Of a DNA stretch of 64,000 nt, positions 27,801 to 40,656 are shown one piece after another. The notes below the pieces were generated by a model. That model saw only the letters and a list, made by a program, of their open reading frames with translations. It made no database searches and had not been told where the DNA came from. Source of the DNA: Octopus sinensis (lineage: Eukaryota); NCBI RefSeq assembly GCF_006345805.1, contig NC_043014.1, forward strand, positions 40,052,001 to 40,116,000, read 5' to 3'. Positions within the stretch are counted from its first letter, which is position 1. Each line of letters starts with the position of its first letter. Both the position numbers and the translations under genes were made by a program.

Positions 27801-30511
27801 AGAACATGAAGACAGACAAGATACCTATTTCTTTATTACCCACAAGGGGCTAAACATAGTGGGGACAAACAAGGACAGACATAGGTATTAAGTCGATTAC
27901 ATCGACCCCAGTGCGTAACTGGTACTTAATTTAGGCGGCGAGCTGGCAGAAATGTTAGCCGCTGGGCGAAATGCTTAGCGGTATTTCGTCTGCGTTACGT
28001 TGTGAGTTCAAATTCCGCCGAGGTCGACTTTGCCTTTCATCCTTTCGGGGTCGATAAATTAAGTACCAGTTACGCACTGGGGTCGATGTAATCGACTTAA
28101 TACCTATGCCTGTCCTTGTTTGTCCCCTCTGTGTTTAGCCCCTTGTGGGTAATAAAGAAATAGGTACTTAATTTATTGACCCCGAAAAGATGAAAGGCAA
28201 AGCCAACCTTGGCGGAATTTGAACTCACAACGTAACGACAGACGAAATACCACTAAGCATCTTGTCTTGCATGCTCACGATTCTGCTAGCTTGCTGCCTT
28301 CATTTGATTAGAATATTACAAGAAAGAACTGCAAGACAAATTCTTCAAACTGAGCCAAACTGGCAGAGTACCTATGGGTAGATCAAGAACGAGATGGTTG
28401 GAAAATATCCATTGTCTCAATTGGTCATGCTTGGGAATCCGGCCAGAAGATGTTATGATGGGATCCCATGGGGGAAGTACCTGAGGATTTTTTCCCCATG
28501 ACCCTCCCAAAAACAGTGGGTGGAAAGAATGGGTGGATGGATGGATGGATGGATGGATGTTATTAAAAATAGGCAAAAATTGTTTGAATGATAACATTCT
28601 TCACTATTTCTTTCAGGAATCTTTGGACAATTGTTATATTTTATGGACTTCCAGTGATCCAGTTAGTCATAACATATCAAAAAGTATGTATAAAGAAATC
28701 TCTTCAAAACAATTGTCTTGATTATTTATTGTATAATGTTCAGAACCCTTTTAAATTCAGTTTTTTTTTTACCTAAATTTAATTTTTTTTCCTTTTGTCA
28801 CCATAGGAGTGGCTGTGTGGTAAGTAGCTTGCTTACCAACCACACGGTTCCGGGTTCAGTCCCACTGCATGGCACCTTGGACAAGTGTCTTCTACTATAA
28901 CCTTGGGCTGACCAAAGTCTTGTGAGTGGATTTGGTAGACAGAAACTGAGAGAAGCCCGTCGTATATATGTATATATGTACGTGTGTGTATATGTTTGTA
29001 TGTCTGTGTTTATTCCCCCAACATCGCTTGACAACCAATGCTGGTGTGTTTAGGGTCCCTGTAACTTAGCGGTTCAGCAAAAGAGACTGATAGAATAAGT
29101 ACTAGGCTTACAAAGAGTAAGTCCTGGGGTCGATTTGCTCGACTAAAGGCAGTGCTCCAGCATGGCCAAAGACAAATGACTGAAGCAAGTAAAAGAGTAT
29201 ACCTTGGAAATTCATTATCCATGATGGATTTAGCAAAATAAATTAACTTCTCTATTATTAAACTGGTGTTTGGAACATAGCTCAATATAATTCTTTCATA
29301 AAATTATAATAAAAGGCTGAAATTCAAATACTTCAAAATAGTTAGTTTCATATCACAGAACTGTTAGTGGTGAGCTGGCAGAAACGTTAGCACACTGGGT
29401 GAAATGCTTAGCAGTATTTCGTCTGCCGTTATATACACGACAGGCTTCTTCCGGTTTCTGTCTATGAAATCCACTCACAAGATTTTGGTCAGCCCAAGGC
29501 TATAGTAGAAAACACTTGCCCAGGGTGCCATGCAGTGGGACTGAACCTTTGAAGTAGAGACTTCAAACTTGAAATCTTCAAAGCCACAGTCGAACCAATT
29601 CTACTATATGGCTCAGAAACCTGGACGTTATCAAGGAAGCTTGAGAGGCAGTTGGATAGAACTTACACTCGCCTCCTTATGAGAGCTCAAAATCTCTCAT
29701 GGAAGCGTCATCCAACCAAAATGCAAATATATGGGAAACTACCACCTGTATCATCTCTTGTGAAAGGTAGGAGAGTCCAGTTTGCTGGACATTGTTGTAG
29801 AGCTGAAAACGAGGCAATTTCTACTCTTCTCCTCTGGAAGCCATCTACTCGCAATACCAGAGAACGCACACTCTCCTACCCTGATGTAATCTCCAGGGAT
29901 ACAGGCATCAAGCAACAGAACCTCCGTAATGCTATGATGGATCGTGAAATCTGGCGTAGCATGGTAAATTCCATTGTCTCGACCTCGGTCGAACAATGAT
30001 GATGATGATGATGGGACTGAACCTGGGACCATGTGGTTGGGAAGCAAGCTTCTTACCACACAGCCATGCCTACAGCCTATTTCATCTTTTTTCTCTTCCC
30101 TTTCTCTCTTTCACTAACAGCTTATGTCCTCCCTTTCTTTTCTCTCTCTAGCATCTTTTATTTTGTCATCTTGCTGTTTTTCCTCATCCTTCTCTCTCTC
30201 TCTCATACACTCTTTTATATATATATATATATATATATTTCAACAATATTAAGGAATGGCCCTGATAAATAAAAACATTTACCCTTATCATGATAAAGGT
30301 AAATGTTTTTATTTCTCCTTTGGTTTCAGAATTACAACTATTTAGCGGTTTGAGTTTGGCTGCTCTTTCTGGTGAGTCGAATGGCCTATCAGGGCCATTC
30401 CTTAATATTGTTGAAATTATATATATATATAGTCTGTGACTATTTTTTCTTTCTCACTAGACCGCTGGTGGCGATAAATTTTTCTTGAATTTTTTGCTAC
30501 CCTTATATTGA

Positions 30512-30549
<38 letters not shown>

Positions 30550-31132
30550 TTTTGTTGACTGAAAGTGAATTATACTTTTTTTTTTCTCTTTGATTTAGGT
30601 TCTTAATGTAACAGGAAACGAAGACACTTGTTACTATAACTTCAAGTGTGCAATGCCTTATAAAGTTCTAAGTTCATTTAATAATGTCTTCAGCAATATT
30701 GGTTACATTTTACTTGGAATGTTATTCTTACTTCTTGTCTGGCGCAGGTAAGTAACTTTGGATTGACTAAGATTTTTTTTTTTCTGACACTTTAAAGCTT
30801 TTACACATGCATGTTGATGATAACGATGATAATAATAATAAGGCCTTTCAATCATCATCATCATCGTCATCATCATCATCGTCATCATCATCATCATCAT
30901 CATCGTCATCATCATTGTCATCATCATCACATTCATCATCATCATCATCATCACATTCATCATCGTCATCGTCATCATCATCATCATCATCGTCAGCATC
31001 ATTGTCATCATCATTATCGTCAGCATCATTGTCATCATCACATTCATCATCATCACCGTCATCATCATCGTCATCATCATCACATTCATCATCATCATCA
31101 TCATCGTCATCATCATTGTCATCATCATCACA

Positions 31133-31174
<42 letters not shown>

Positions 31175-34100
31175 GTCAGCATCATTGTCATCATCATTAT
31201 CATCAGCATCATTGTCATCATCATCACATTCATCATCGTCATCATCATCACATTCATCATCGTCATCATCATCATCATCATTATTGTTGTCATCAAACAC
31301 TGCTGTCACTGCTACCACTGCTGTTGCCTCCTTCAACACCACCGCTGCTGCCACCACCACTGATACTGCTGCCTCCTTGATCCTCACCCCCTGCCACCGC
31401 CACCGCTACCACCGTTGCTTCCACTTCAGCCACCACCATCATAACCATCATTTAAATGTCACCATCATACTTTAACCATTTAGCATTCAGATTACTCTGT
31501 CAGATTGAGTGATTCACATTGTTTTGAATTAATCATGCGTTATCTCGTATCTTTGAGATTTTAGTGATGTGGTTGGTTATTTTTAGAATGATGTTAACAG
31601 GGTAGATGGGAGAGGCTGGATCTAGCTGGTTTTGAACATAAGACAAGTAGAATGCTTGGACCAGCTATGGCTGGTTTAAATGATAAAGGGTTATATATAC
31701 AATTTGAGTTTCCAGAAAGTTTTACAAGTTTTAAATGTTCACCCTAAAGTTTCTAAAAACTTTTACAAATTTTACAAACTTGTGTTTGATCGTTGCCAGA
31801 GCAAAGGCACCATTTGATTGTGATCGTTACCAGCGTCGCCTTACTGGCACTTGTGCCCGTGCTAGTAGGGTGCCAAGAGCATCATCCGAGCGTGATCGTT
31901 GCCAGAGCAGCCAACTGGCTTCCGTGCCAGTGGCACGTAAAAGGACACCATTTGAGCGTGATCGTTACCAACGTCGCCTTACTGGCACCTGTGCTGGTGG
32001 CATGTGTAAAAAGATTCAAGCGGGGTCATTGCCAGTACCGCCTGACTGGCCCCCGAGCCGGTGGCACGTAAAATGCACCCACTACACTCTCGGAGTGGTT
32101 GGCGTTAGGAAGGGCATCCAGCTGTAGAAACTCTGCCAAATCAAGATTGGAGCCTGGTGCAGCCATCTGGTTGCCAGCCCTCAGTCAAAACCGTCCAACC
32201 CATGCTTGCATGGAAAGCGGACGTTAAACGATGATGATGATGATGATGATGTTTTCAAATTTGTAAAATGAAGGTATTATAGTTATGTGCAGAGGGAGAG
32301 GAAATGAAATGAATGTAAACATGGAAGTTTGCTTGAAATGGAGATTGCAGAATTAATTGATTCTCGACTGATTTAAAGCATGTACATTGCAAGCGTAAAT
32401 TTATGTCAACCATTCTAAAAGGGTTAATATATATTCATCTAATCCATCCTAGCTCTGGGAAAGAGTTGTAAAGTGAATGAATGAACATATATAGTTACAT
32501 ACAGAATTATATACAGCCAAATAATTATCAGTAATATATATGTAAACTTAATATATTTTGTATCATTCAAACATACTTTAATAATGAAATAAAATTATAA
32601 GTATTTCAATAAAGTTAATTGATCTTGCTTTACAGAACTAAATCAGAATATTATACTGAATTCATTTAACATTTTCAATGATAGAAATGTGAGAATAAGC
32701 ATATAATCTGTTATTGCATGCAATTCTAATTGTATGAAAATGAATTTTTGATGTGATCACAAGTGATGTATCAAGAGAAGAAGAAGCTTATTTGTAAATC
32801 AATAGTGGTTGATTGCTGATGTACTTTGGTAATAAATCTCCTACATAAAAAGCATGTAATTTGGCAAGTGAATAACTTTAAGTTAAAATTTAGGGAAGTA
32901 CCATATTTGATGGAATATAAGACACCCTCCCCCAAATGCATAAAAAAAAAATTCATCCAGGGTCCTTTATGCAAAGTTGCTTTAAATATTACACGCTTTA
33001 ATGCACTAAAACTGTTTACATGAATATGCACTGCAGAGATTGGGGTGCCCCCAATGTGCTTGTGTGCCTTTTATGTCATCAAATGTGGTAATATATTTGG
33101 TTTTTGAATTATCAGGATTTTGACAATTTCTGGATGTTTTCTCAAATTCTGTGACAAGTTCCCTTTTGTGATATAAAGAAGATTTTTTTAATGTTTTGGA
33201 CTAAACTGAACCCTTTGTGAATGAAATATTAATAGCTAAAAAATAGTGTGCAGATATACAGGTATTACACCTGCTTAAGTTAGGTGAGCTGGCAGAATCG
33301 TTAGCAAGCCAGGCGAAATGCTTGGCGGTATTTCATCTATCTTTACGTTCTGAGTTCAAATTCTGCTGAGGTCAACTTTGCCTTTCATCCTTTCGAGGTC
33401 GATAAAGTAAGTACCAGTTGTGTACTGAGGTTGATCTAATCAACTGCCTCCTCCCCCAAAATTTCGGGCCTTGTGCCTAGAGTAGAAAAGAATTATTCAT
33501 GGATTTATTTGATGAATTTATCGTAAACAATTATCAAAATATAAACCAAGACAATTAATGTCTGTTGTCAGACATTAACTTAATTTAACCCTTTAGCATT
33601 TAAACCGGCCATATCCGGCCAAAAGTATTCTGCCTGTTTTATGTTCAAACTGGCCAGATCTGGTCTCTCACACCAACCCTACAATATCGTTTTAAAAATT
33701 AGCAGCTACCTCCTCAAAATCTCATAGCTACAAGATAATGCATGATTAGTTCAAAACAATGTGGGTAAAAAAGGATTAATTTTGGCAGAATAATGCGAAC
33801 ACTAAAGGGTTAATAAAAGTGATTTGTATTTTTTTCTGAAATTATCATCTCTTTTATGTGTGGAATATGATTAATTTAGAGTCATCATGTGAGAATAACA
33901 AGCAACAGCAGTAAATGATATTACAGTAATTAGACCTCCAAGCAGTTGGAAGATATTCAGGAAATATATTACTTCTATTGGCAGCAAAAATATTTTCACA
34001 TGGCATCCGATAGTCAATAAACAGGGTCTACAGAAACTGAGGAGAAACAAGTTGTGTATAGTAAATTGTATATTGCAGTGTATACTTGATCACAAGACTG

Positions 34101-37100
34101 AGCTGGAAAAAAAATGACCAGGAAATTGATTGGTCAATGAAGCTGCATTGACCAATGTATGTAAGGAAAACAGTTATTGTGGTAGGAACTTTTGATGGAT
34201 GTTGCGAGGTAAATGAAAATGATCTTTGAAGGTTAGTGCCCACTGATGATATCAATTGCATGGCAAAATGGATATTAAAATGATGACGAAGATAATTTGT
34301 ATATAATTACATATTGATATTTGACGTATTATATTTCTTTACTGGCTTGTGTAAATATCTCTATATATGAAATGATAAGGCACAGGTTTCTTTTTTTTTT
34401 TCCTTTACTGGTTTTACTTCCTGTCATGCTATAATTTTGTGGCTGTGTTGAGAATGATGGAAAAAAAAAAAAAGAAAGGTGATTATAAAGAGAGGTGGAT
34501 TAGTTAGATAACTGGATATATGGAAGGTTGACAAATTGAGTAAAAGAGAGGAAGAGAAAGAAAGAACAAATTAAGCTGAAATGGATCGAAAAATGTTGTT
34601 TTTGACCAGTACAGTAATGTATATTTCGGAAATAAAATAATTGTAACTCATGTAGTAATAACAGAATAAAATAATAAGCAGTATGTTGTATGAACACTTT
34701 TGATAGAAATAATTAAGTAATGACAATTGCAGCATTGAAGGTGTTTATGAGCCATTTAAGAAACACACAAAAAACCGTTAGATTCACTTCGACATTTAAA
34801 TTTAATTTGTCAAAATATTTTCGTTGCTTTGAGACCGCGACCTCTTCAAATTCTGTGATGCAGCACAGAATTTTGTCAGTGAACAGGTTTAAATTTAACT
34901 GTTGAAGTGAATCTAACGGTTTTTGTGTGTTTGTTTAAATGGCTTATAAACACCTTCCACGCTGCAATTGTTTTCGTTCTAGCACACGATCTCAGATCAA
35001 GTCACTTGCTATGCGAGTACATCTCTGTAATTAAGTAATGATTTCATATTTACAGGGATTTGATACACAGAGAAATAGTAAAGAAGTATGGAAAAGCTGA
35101 AGAGGTAACATTTTATTGTTTTTCATATCTCTACATCACTTTGTTATAAATTTATGCATTTTATATTTTAATGTTAATATCCTTTGATATTGTTTGACAG
35201 TTAGATCAGCCGATATTCCTGTCACAAAATACAATAACTGTTATAGTTGATGCTATTTCTAGAATGGAACAGACACAAATATGAAAATTCAGCCTAATTT
35301 GAAGAATCCTAAATTAAAACTCCACCTGTCTAACACCTGTGGACATGTTTACAAAGTCAGAAAACAGCACAGCTCCCATGACTTTCGGAAACGTTTTTTC
35401 ATGCTAAGAGTTGCTGAAGCATGGAACAAACTGCTGGCATCAGTTGTTAGTTGTCGGAGCACTGCATCCTTCAAAACTTCCATGCTTCCTGAGATTTGCC
35501 AACACTACACCTGATTTTCTCCCCTCCACACACATGCAAGCATGTATCTGACACATACACTGTTCACTTTCCAGACATTTGTACATTAAGGCACATGCTT
35601 TATACGCACTTTTGACAAGTTGTGGTACACCTGAGCACTGTATACAATAATTTCATTATTATTATTATTAAAATTAAATTTAGATTTTTATATGTTTATG
35701 AAGGCACATGGGCTAGTTGTTAGTGTATTGGGCTCCTAAGCATTAGGTTGTGGGTTAAGTTCTCAGACTGGGCAGTGCGCTATATCCTTCATTTCATGTT
35801 GCTCCAGTACACTCAACTGAAAATAAGTGTCAGTGGCACCAAGGGGATAACTTTCTGACATACTAGTATCTTGTCCAGGGGCAGGGAATTTTGTTCCTTC
35901 TGTCTGAACACTTTGAATATCTGGATTAACCTGTAAGCTTGAGGTAGACCTAGTTTCTTATCAGAATAACATTCAGATACAAAACCTTTCTGTTAATATT
36001 GCAATCTCATAACCTGAAGTGATTTGGTTTTAATCTAATCATTCCTAAGTACAAATATTTTTAGCACAATTCAGTATTGCATAATACTTTTCTCCTTAAT
36101 TAAGTTACTCAGTTTAATAACACTGTGTAACAAAATTTTTATTTTTATTTATTTATTTTTTTTCTGTTTTTGGTCAGTAAGTGTAATTTCCTACTTGCTT
36201 CTATCTAGAAATCAAAGGAAATGACTACTATTCCTTTCAAACTTCGTGTTTGTAATCTGGACATCAAAGTTTTGAAATTGACTTATTTTCCATTACATTT
36301 CAGACAGATTCAGCGCTGAGTTGCTGAAGCAGAAATATCATGCTTGTCAGTTTGCTTGAACATGTCCCTTAGTGGTGGACAATATGTACATCTCTTATCA
36401 TAAGTAGGAGTAGTGAAGGAGGCATCATAGTGATGTGCTGAGAAGGATTCTTTGGGGTTTACTCTTTTACTTGTTTCAGTCATTTGACTGCAGCCATGCT
36501 GGAGCACCACCTTTAGTCGAGCAAATCGACCCCAGGACTTATTCTTTGTAAGCCTAGTACTTATTCTATTGGTGTCTTTTGCCGAACCGCTAAGTTACGG
36601 GGGACGTAAACACACCAGCATTGGTTGTCAAGTGATGTTGGGGGGACAAAGACAGACACACAAACATATACACACACATACATATATACGTATATATACA
36701 TATATACGACAGGCTTCTTTCAGTTTCCGTCTACCAAATCCACTCACAAGGCTTTGGTCGGCCCGAGGCTATAGTAGAAGACACTTGCCCAAGGTGCCAC
36801 GCAGTGGGACTGAACCCAGAACCATGTGGTTGGTAAATAAGCTACTTACCACACAGCCACTCCTTGAATAAATATAACAAATGCAAAATTTGAAAGAAAT
36901 ACTAGACATTTCTTATACTTTCTAGGGATAAGCAAATAGGAAAAAACCATGTTACACAATGCAATAATTAAGTTTTGTAATTGAATATGATTGAATGTTG
37001 TTTTCTTTTGTATCAAAGAAAATGGTAACTTTTCTTGATTGAGAATTTAGATTGTCTAAAAATAATTTCTTGTTTCCACTCTGTTGCAGTTGTATGGTAT

Positions 37101-37448
37101 TCCTCAACCATACGGTTTATTTTATGCCATGGGCTTAGGGCTCTGCATGGAAGGGGTCATGAGTGCTTGTTATCATGTATGTCCAACTTATTCAAACTTC
37201 CAATTTGGTAGGTATTTACTCTTTTATACTCTTTTACTCTTTTTACTTGTTTCAGTCATTTGACTGCGGCCATGCTGGAGCACTGCCTTTAATCGAGCAA
37301 CTCGACCCCGGGGCTTATTCTTTTGTAAGCCCAGTACTTATTCTATCGGTCTCTTTTGCCGAACTGCTAAGTAACGGGGACATAAACACACCAGCATCGG
37401 TTGTTAAGCAATGCTAGGGGGACAAACACAGACACACAAACACACACA

Positions 37449-37494
<46 letters not shown>

Positions 37495-40400
37495 TACGAC
37501 GGGCTTCTTTCAGTTTCTGTCAACCAAAACCACTCACAAGGCTTTGGTCGGCCCGAGGCTATAGTAGAAGACACTTGCCCAATATGCCACGCGGTGGGAC
37601 TGAACCCGGAACCATGTGGTTGGTAAACAAGCTACTTACCACACAGCCACTCCTGTGTTATTTATATTAATTAATGTTAATTAAGAAGCTTTAGGTGAAC
37701 AAATTGAAAAGGGTACTTATTAGACTGAGAGGGCAGATCTAAAATCTTGTACTCATCTAATATCAGTACCCTTAAAATACTCTCTATTTTGTATCACATC
37801 TGAACTAACTATGACTTAACTTTCCTCTCACACCGTCTCCGATGAAGGGATATAATTAATAAACATCCTAGAAACAGCTGTAAAACCTTTTATCTATAAA
37901 TGCTCTAATATCTATACAGCCTTAATTTTTTTATCTTATTACGCAAAAAATTCTTATATACACACGCTGACATAGAACCAACATTGAACCCTTTATTTGC
38001 AATTTTACCGAATCTGGAACTTAACTATGGTCTGTCTATAGCACTTATTCAGCATTACCTGACACCTTTGGGTTTCAATGATACCATTATCTCTCTATAT
38101 ATAAACGGCAGTTTGTCTGTCTGTGTGTCTGTCAGGTTGTACCCTCACCCTGACCACGGCTTTCAACCGATTCTGATGAAACTTGACACACACATAGCCC
38201 AATGTCATAATTCAAAACTAACGCAGCGAAAATTTTGAAAAGTTCCCCCAGTTTTGAAAATAACCGATAAATTCGACATGGGGTCGAGAATCTAAGCTTT
38301 TTATATGCAACACATTTTCTGTCGGGAGACAGCTAGGAACATCGTATACATAGAAGTGTTCGAGTGAAGAGAAGACGTTGCAACCTACACATGCGCCTTC
38401 GTTCCCTAGAGGGAAAGAACTAGATTGGGATTAGTCGTTGCCTACTAGGGGCTCTTACATACCCGGGCAACGCCGGGCTATGCTGCTAGTCTCTTATAAC
38501 CTCAACTACTCTTAAAATACTCATATATTTTACAACTATTTTAGCTCATTTTTTTCAAAACATTGGTATTATTTTCAGATACATCTTTTATGCCTTTCTG
38601 TGTATGTTTGTGACTCTATCAGACTTATCATAATTATTTAAGCTCATTTTTTATTAAAACACTACTTTTATTTTCAGATACATCTTTTATGTACATCATT
38701 GCCTGTCTTTGTATGTTACGGCTCTATCAGACTCGTCATCCTGATATCAATGCCAAAGCCCACACAGCTTATCTTTACATGGCATTCATTATATTTATAG
38801 CTGTCATTGGAGTGGTAAGTATTTCACATATATTATAATCCCTTATGTGTGTGTGTGTGTCTGTGTGTGATGGGGTATTTCCATTAAAAACCAAACAGTA
38901 GCTAGTGAAACAAATAATGATTTAAAAAAAAAATGAACAGCTTTATTAGACAGTGAACTGTTAGAATTGTTATCATATCAGACAAACTGTTAGTGGTATT
39001 TCTTTCAGCTCATATAAGGCGGCGAACTGGCAGAAACGTTAGCACGCTGGGTGAAATGCTTAGCGGTATTTCATCTGCCGCTACGTTCTGAGTTCAAATT
39101 CCGCTGAGGTTGACTTTGCTTTTCATCCTTTCGGGGTCAATAAATTAAGTACCAGTTACACACTGGGGTCGATGTAATCGACTTAATCCGTTGTCTGTCT
39201 TTGTTTGTCCCCTCTGTGTTTAGCCCCTTGTGGGTAATAAAGAAATAGGTATTTCGTCTGAGTTCAAATTCCTCCGAGGTCGACTTTACCTTTCATCCTT
39301 TTGGGGTCGATAAATTAAGTACCAGTTACGCACTGGGGGGGGGGGTCAATGTAATCGACTTAATCCGTTTGTCTGTCCTTGTTTGTCCCTTCTGTGTTTA
39401 GCCCCTTGTGGGTAGTAAAGAAATAGGTATTTTGTCTGCTGCTATGTTCTGAGTTCAAATTCCGCCGAGGTCGACTTTGCATTTCATCCTTTTGGGGTCA
39501 ATTAGATAAGTACCAGTTATGCACTGGGGTCGATATAATCGACTTAATCCGTTTGTCTGTCCTTGTTTGTCCTTTCTATGTTTAGCCCCTTGTGGGTAGT
39601 AAAGAAATAGGTATTTCTTTCAGCTCTTTACTTTCTGTATTCAAACTTTACTGTCAACTTTGCCTTTCATCCTTTTGTGGGTAGAAAAAATAAATATCAA
39701 TCAAATACTGACATTGGTGCAATCAACATGTTCCCTCCCTTCAAAATTATTAGCCCTGTGTCGAAATTTGAGACTGTTGTTTTCTAAATTAAGGGGCTGG
39801 TACAGGAGGAAAAGTAGGAGGAAAGGAGACAAAGAGAGGAATTATTTGTAGGATCCGACTCATTTCTGGCAATTGAGTGGGCTTCATTAAAGGCATTTAA
39901 GGGCCAGGTAGTGATGTTTAACTGGGTGATGGATTGAGTAACATATCATCCAAGAACAAAACCAGTCCCTTTGACAGGCTTCCACACAGTTTCCATCTAT
40001 TAAATACCTATTTCTTTACTACCCACAAGGGGCTAAACACAGAGGGGACAAACAAGGACAGACAAACGGATTAAGTCGATTACATCGACCCCCAGTGCTT
40101 GACTGGTTCTTATTTAATCGACCCCTGAAAGGATGAAAGGCAAAGTCAACCTTGGCGGAATTTGAACTCAGAACGTAGTAGCAGACGAAATACCTATTTC
40201 TTTACTACCCACAAGGGGCTAAACATAGAAGGGACAAACAAGGACAGACATAGGTATTAAGTCGATTACATCGACCCCAGTCGTAACTGGTACTTAATTT
40301 ATCAACCCTGAAAGGATGAAAGGCAAAGTCGACCTCGGCGGAATTTGAACTCAGAATGTAGCGGCAGACAAAATACAGCTAAGCATTTTGCCCCGTGTGC

Positions 40401-40597
40401 TAACATTTCTGCCAGCTCACCGCCCTTCATCTATTAAATACCATTTATGAGACTTTGGTCAACTTGATGCTATGGTAGAAGAATCTTGCTTAAGTTGTTT
40501 CACTGTGAAGTCAAAACTGAATCTGATTGGTTGTGAAGTGAACTTCTTAACCAAATGACAATACTTTTGCCATAAAGAAAGAAAAGGATAGCAACTG

Positions 40598-40656
<59 letters not shown>

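Noticed and set aside
30703-31475. Poly-Met, poly-Ser, poly-His and poly-Asp ORFs of 179-222 aa
   Set aside because: All are frames of one (CAT)n microsatellite in a SIDT intron.
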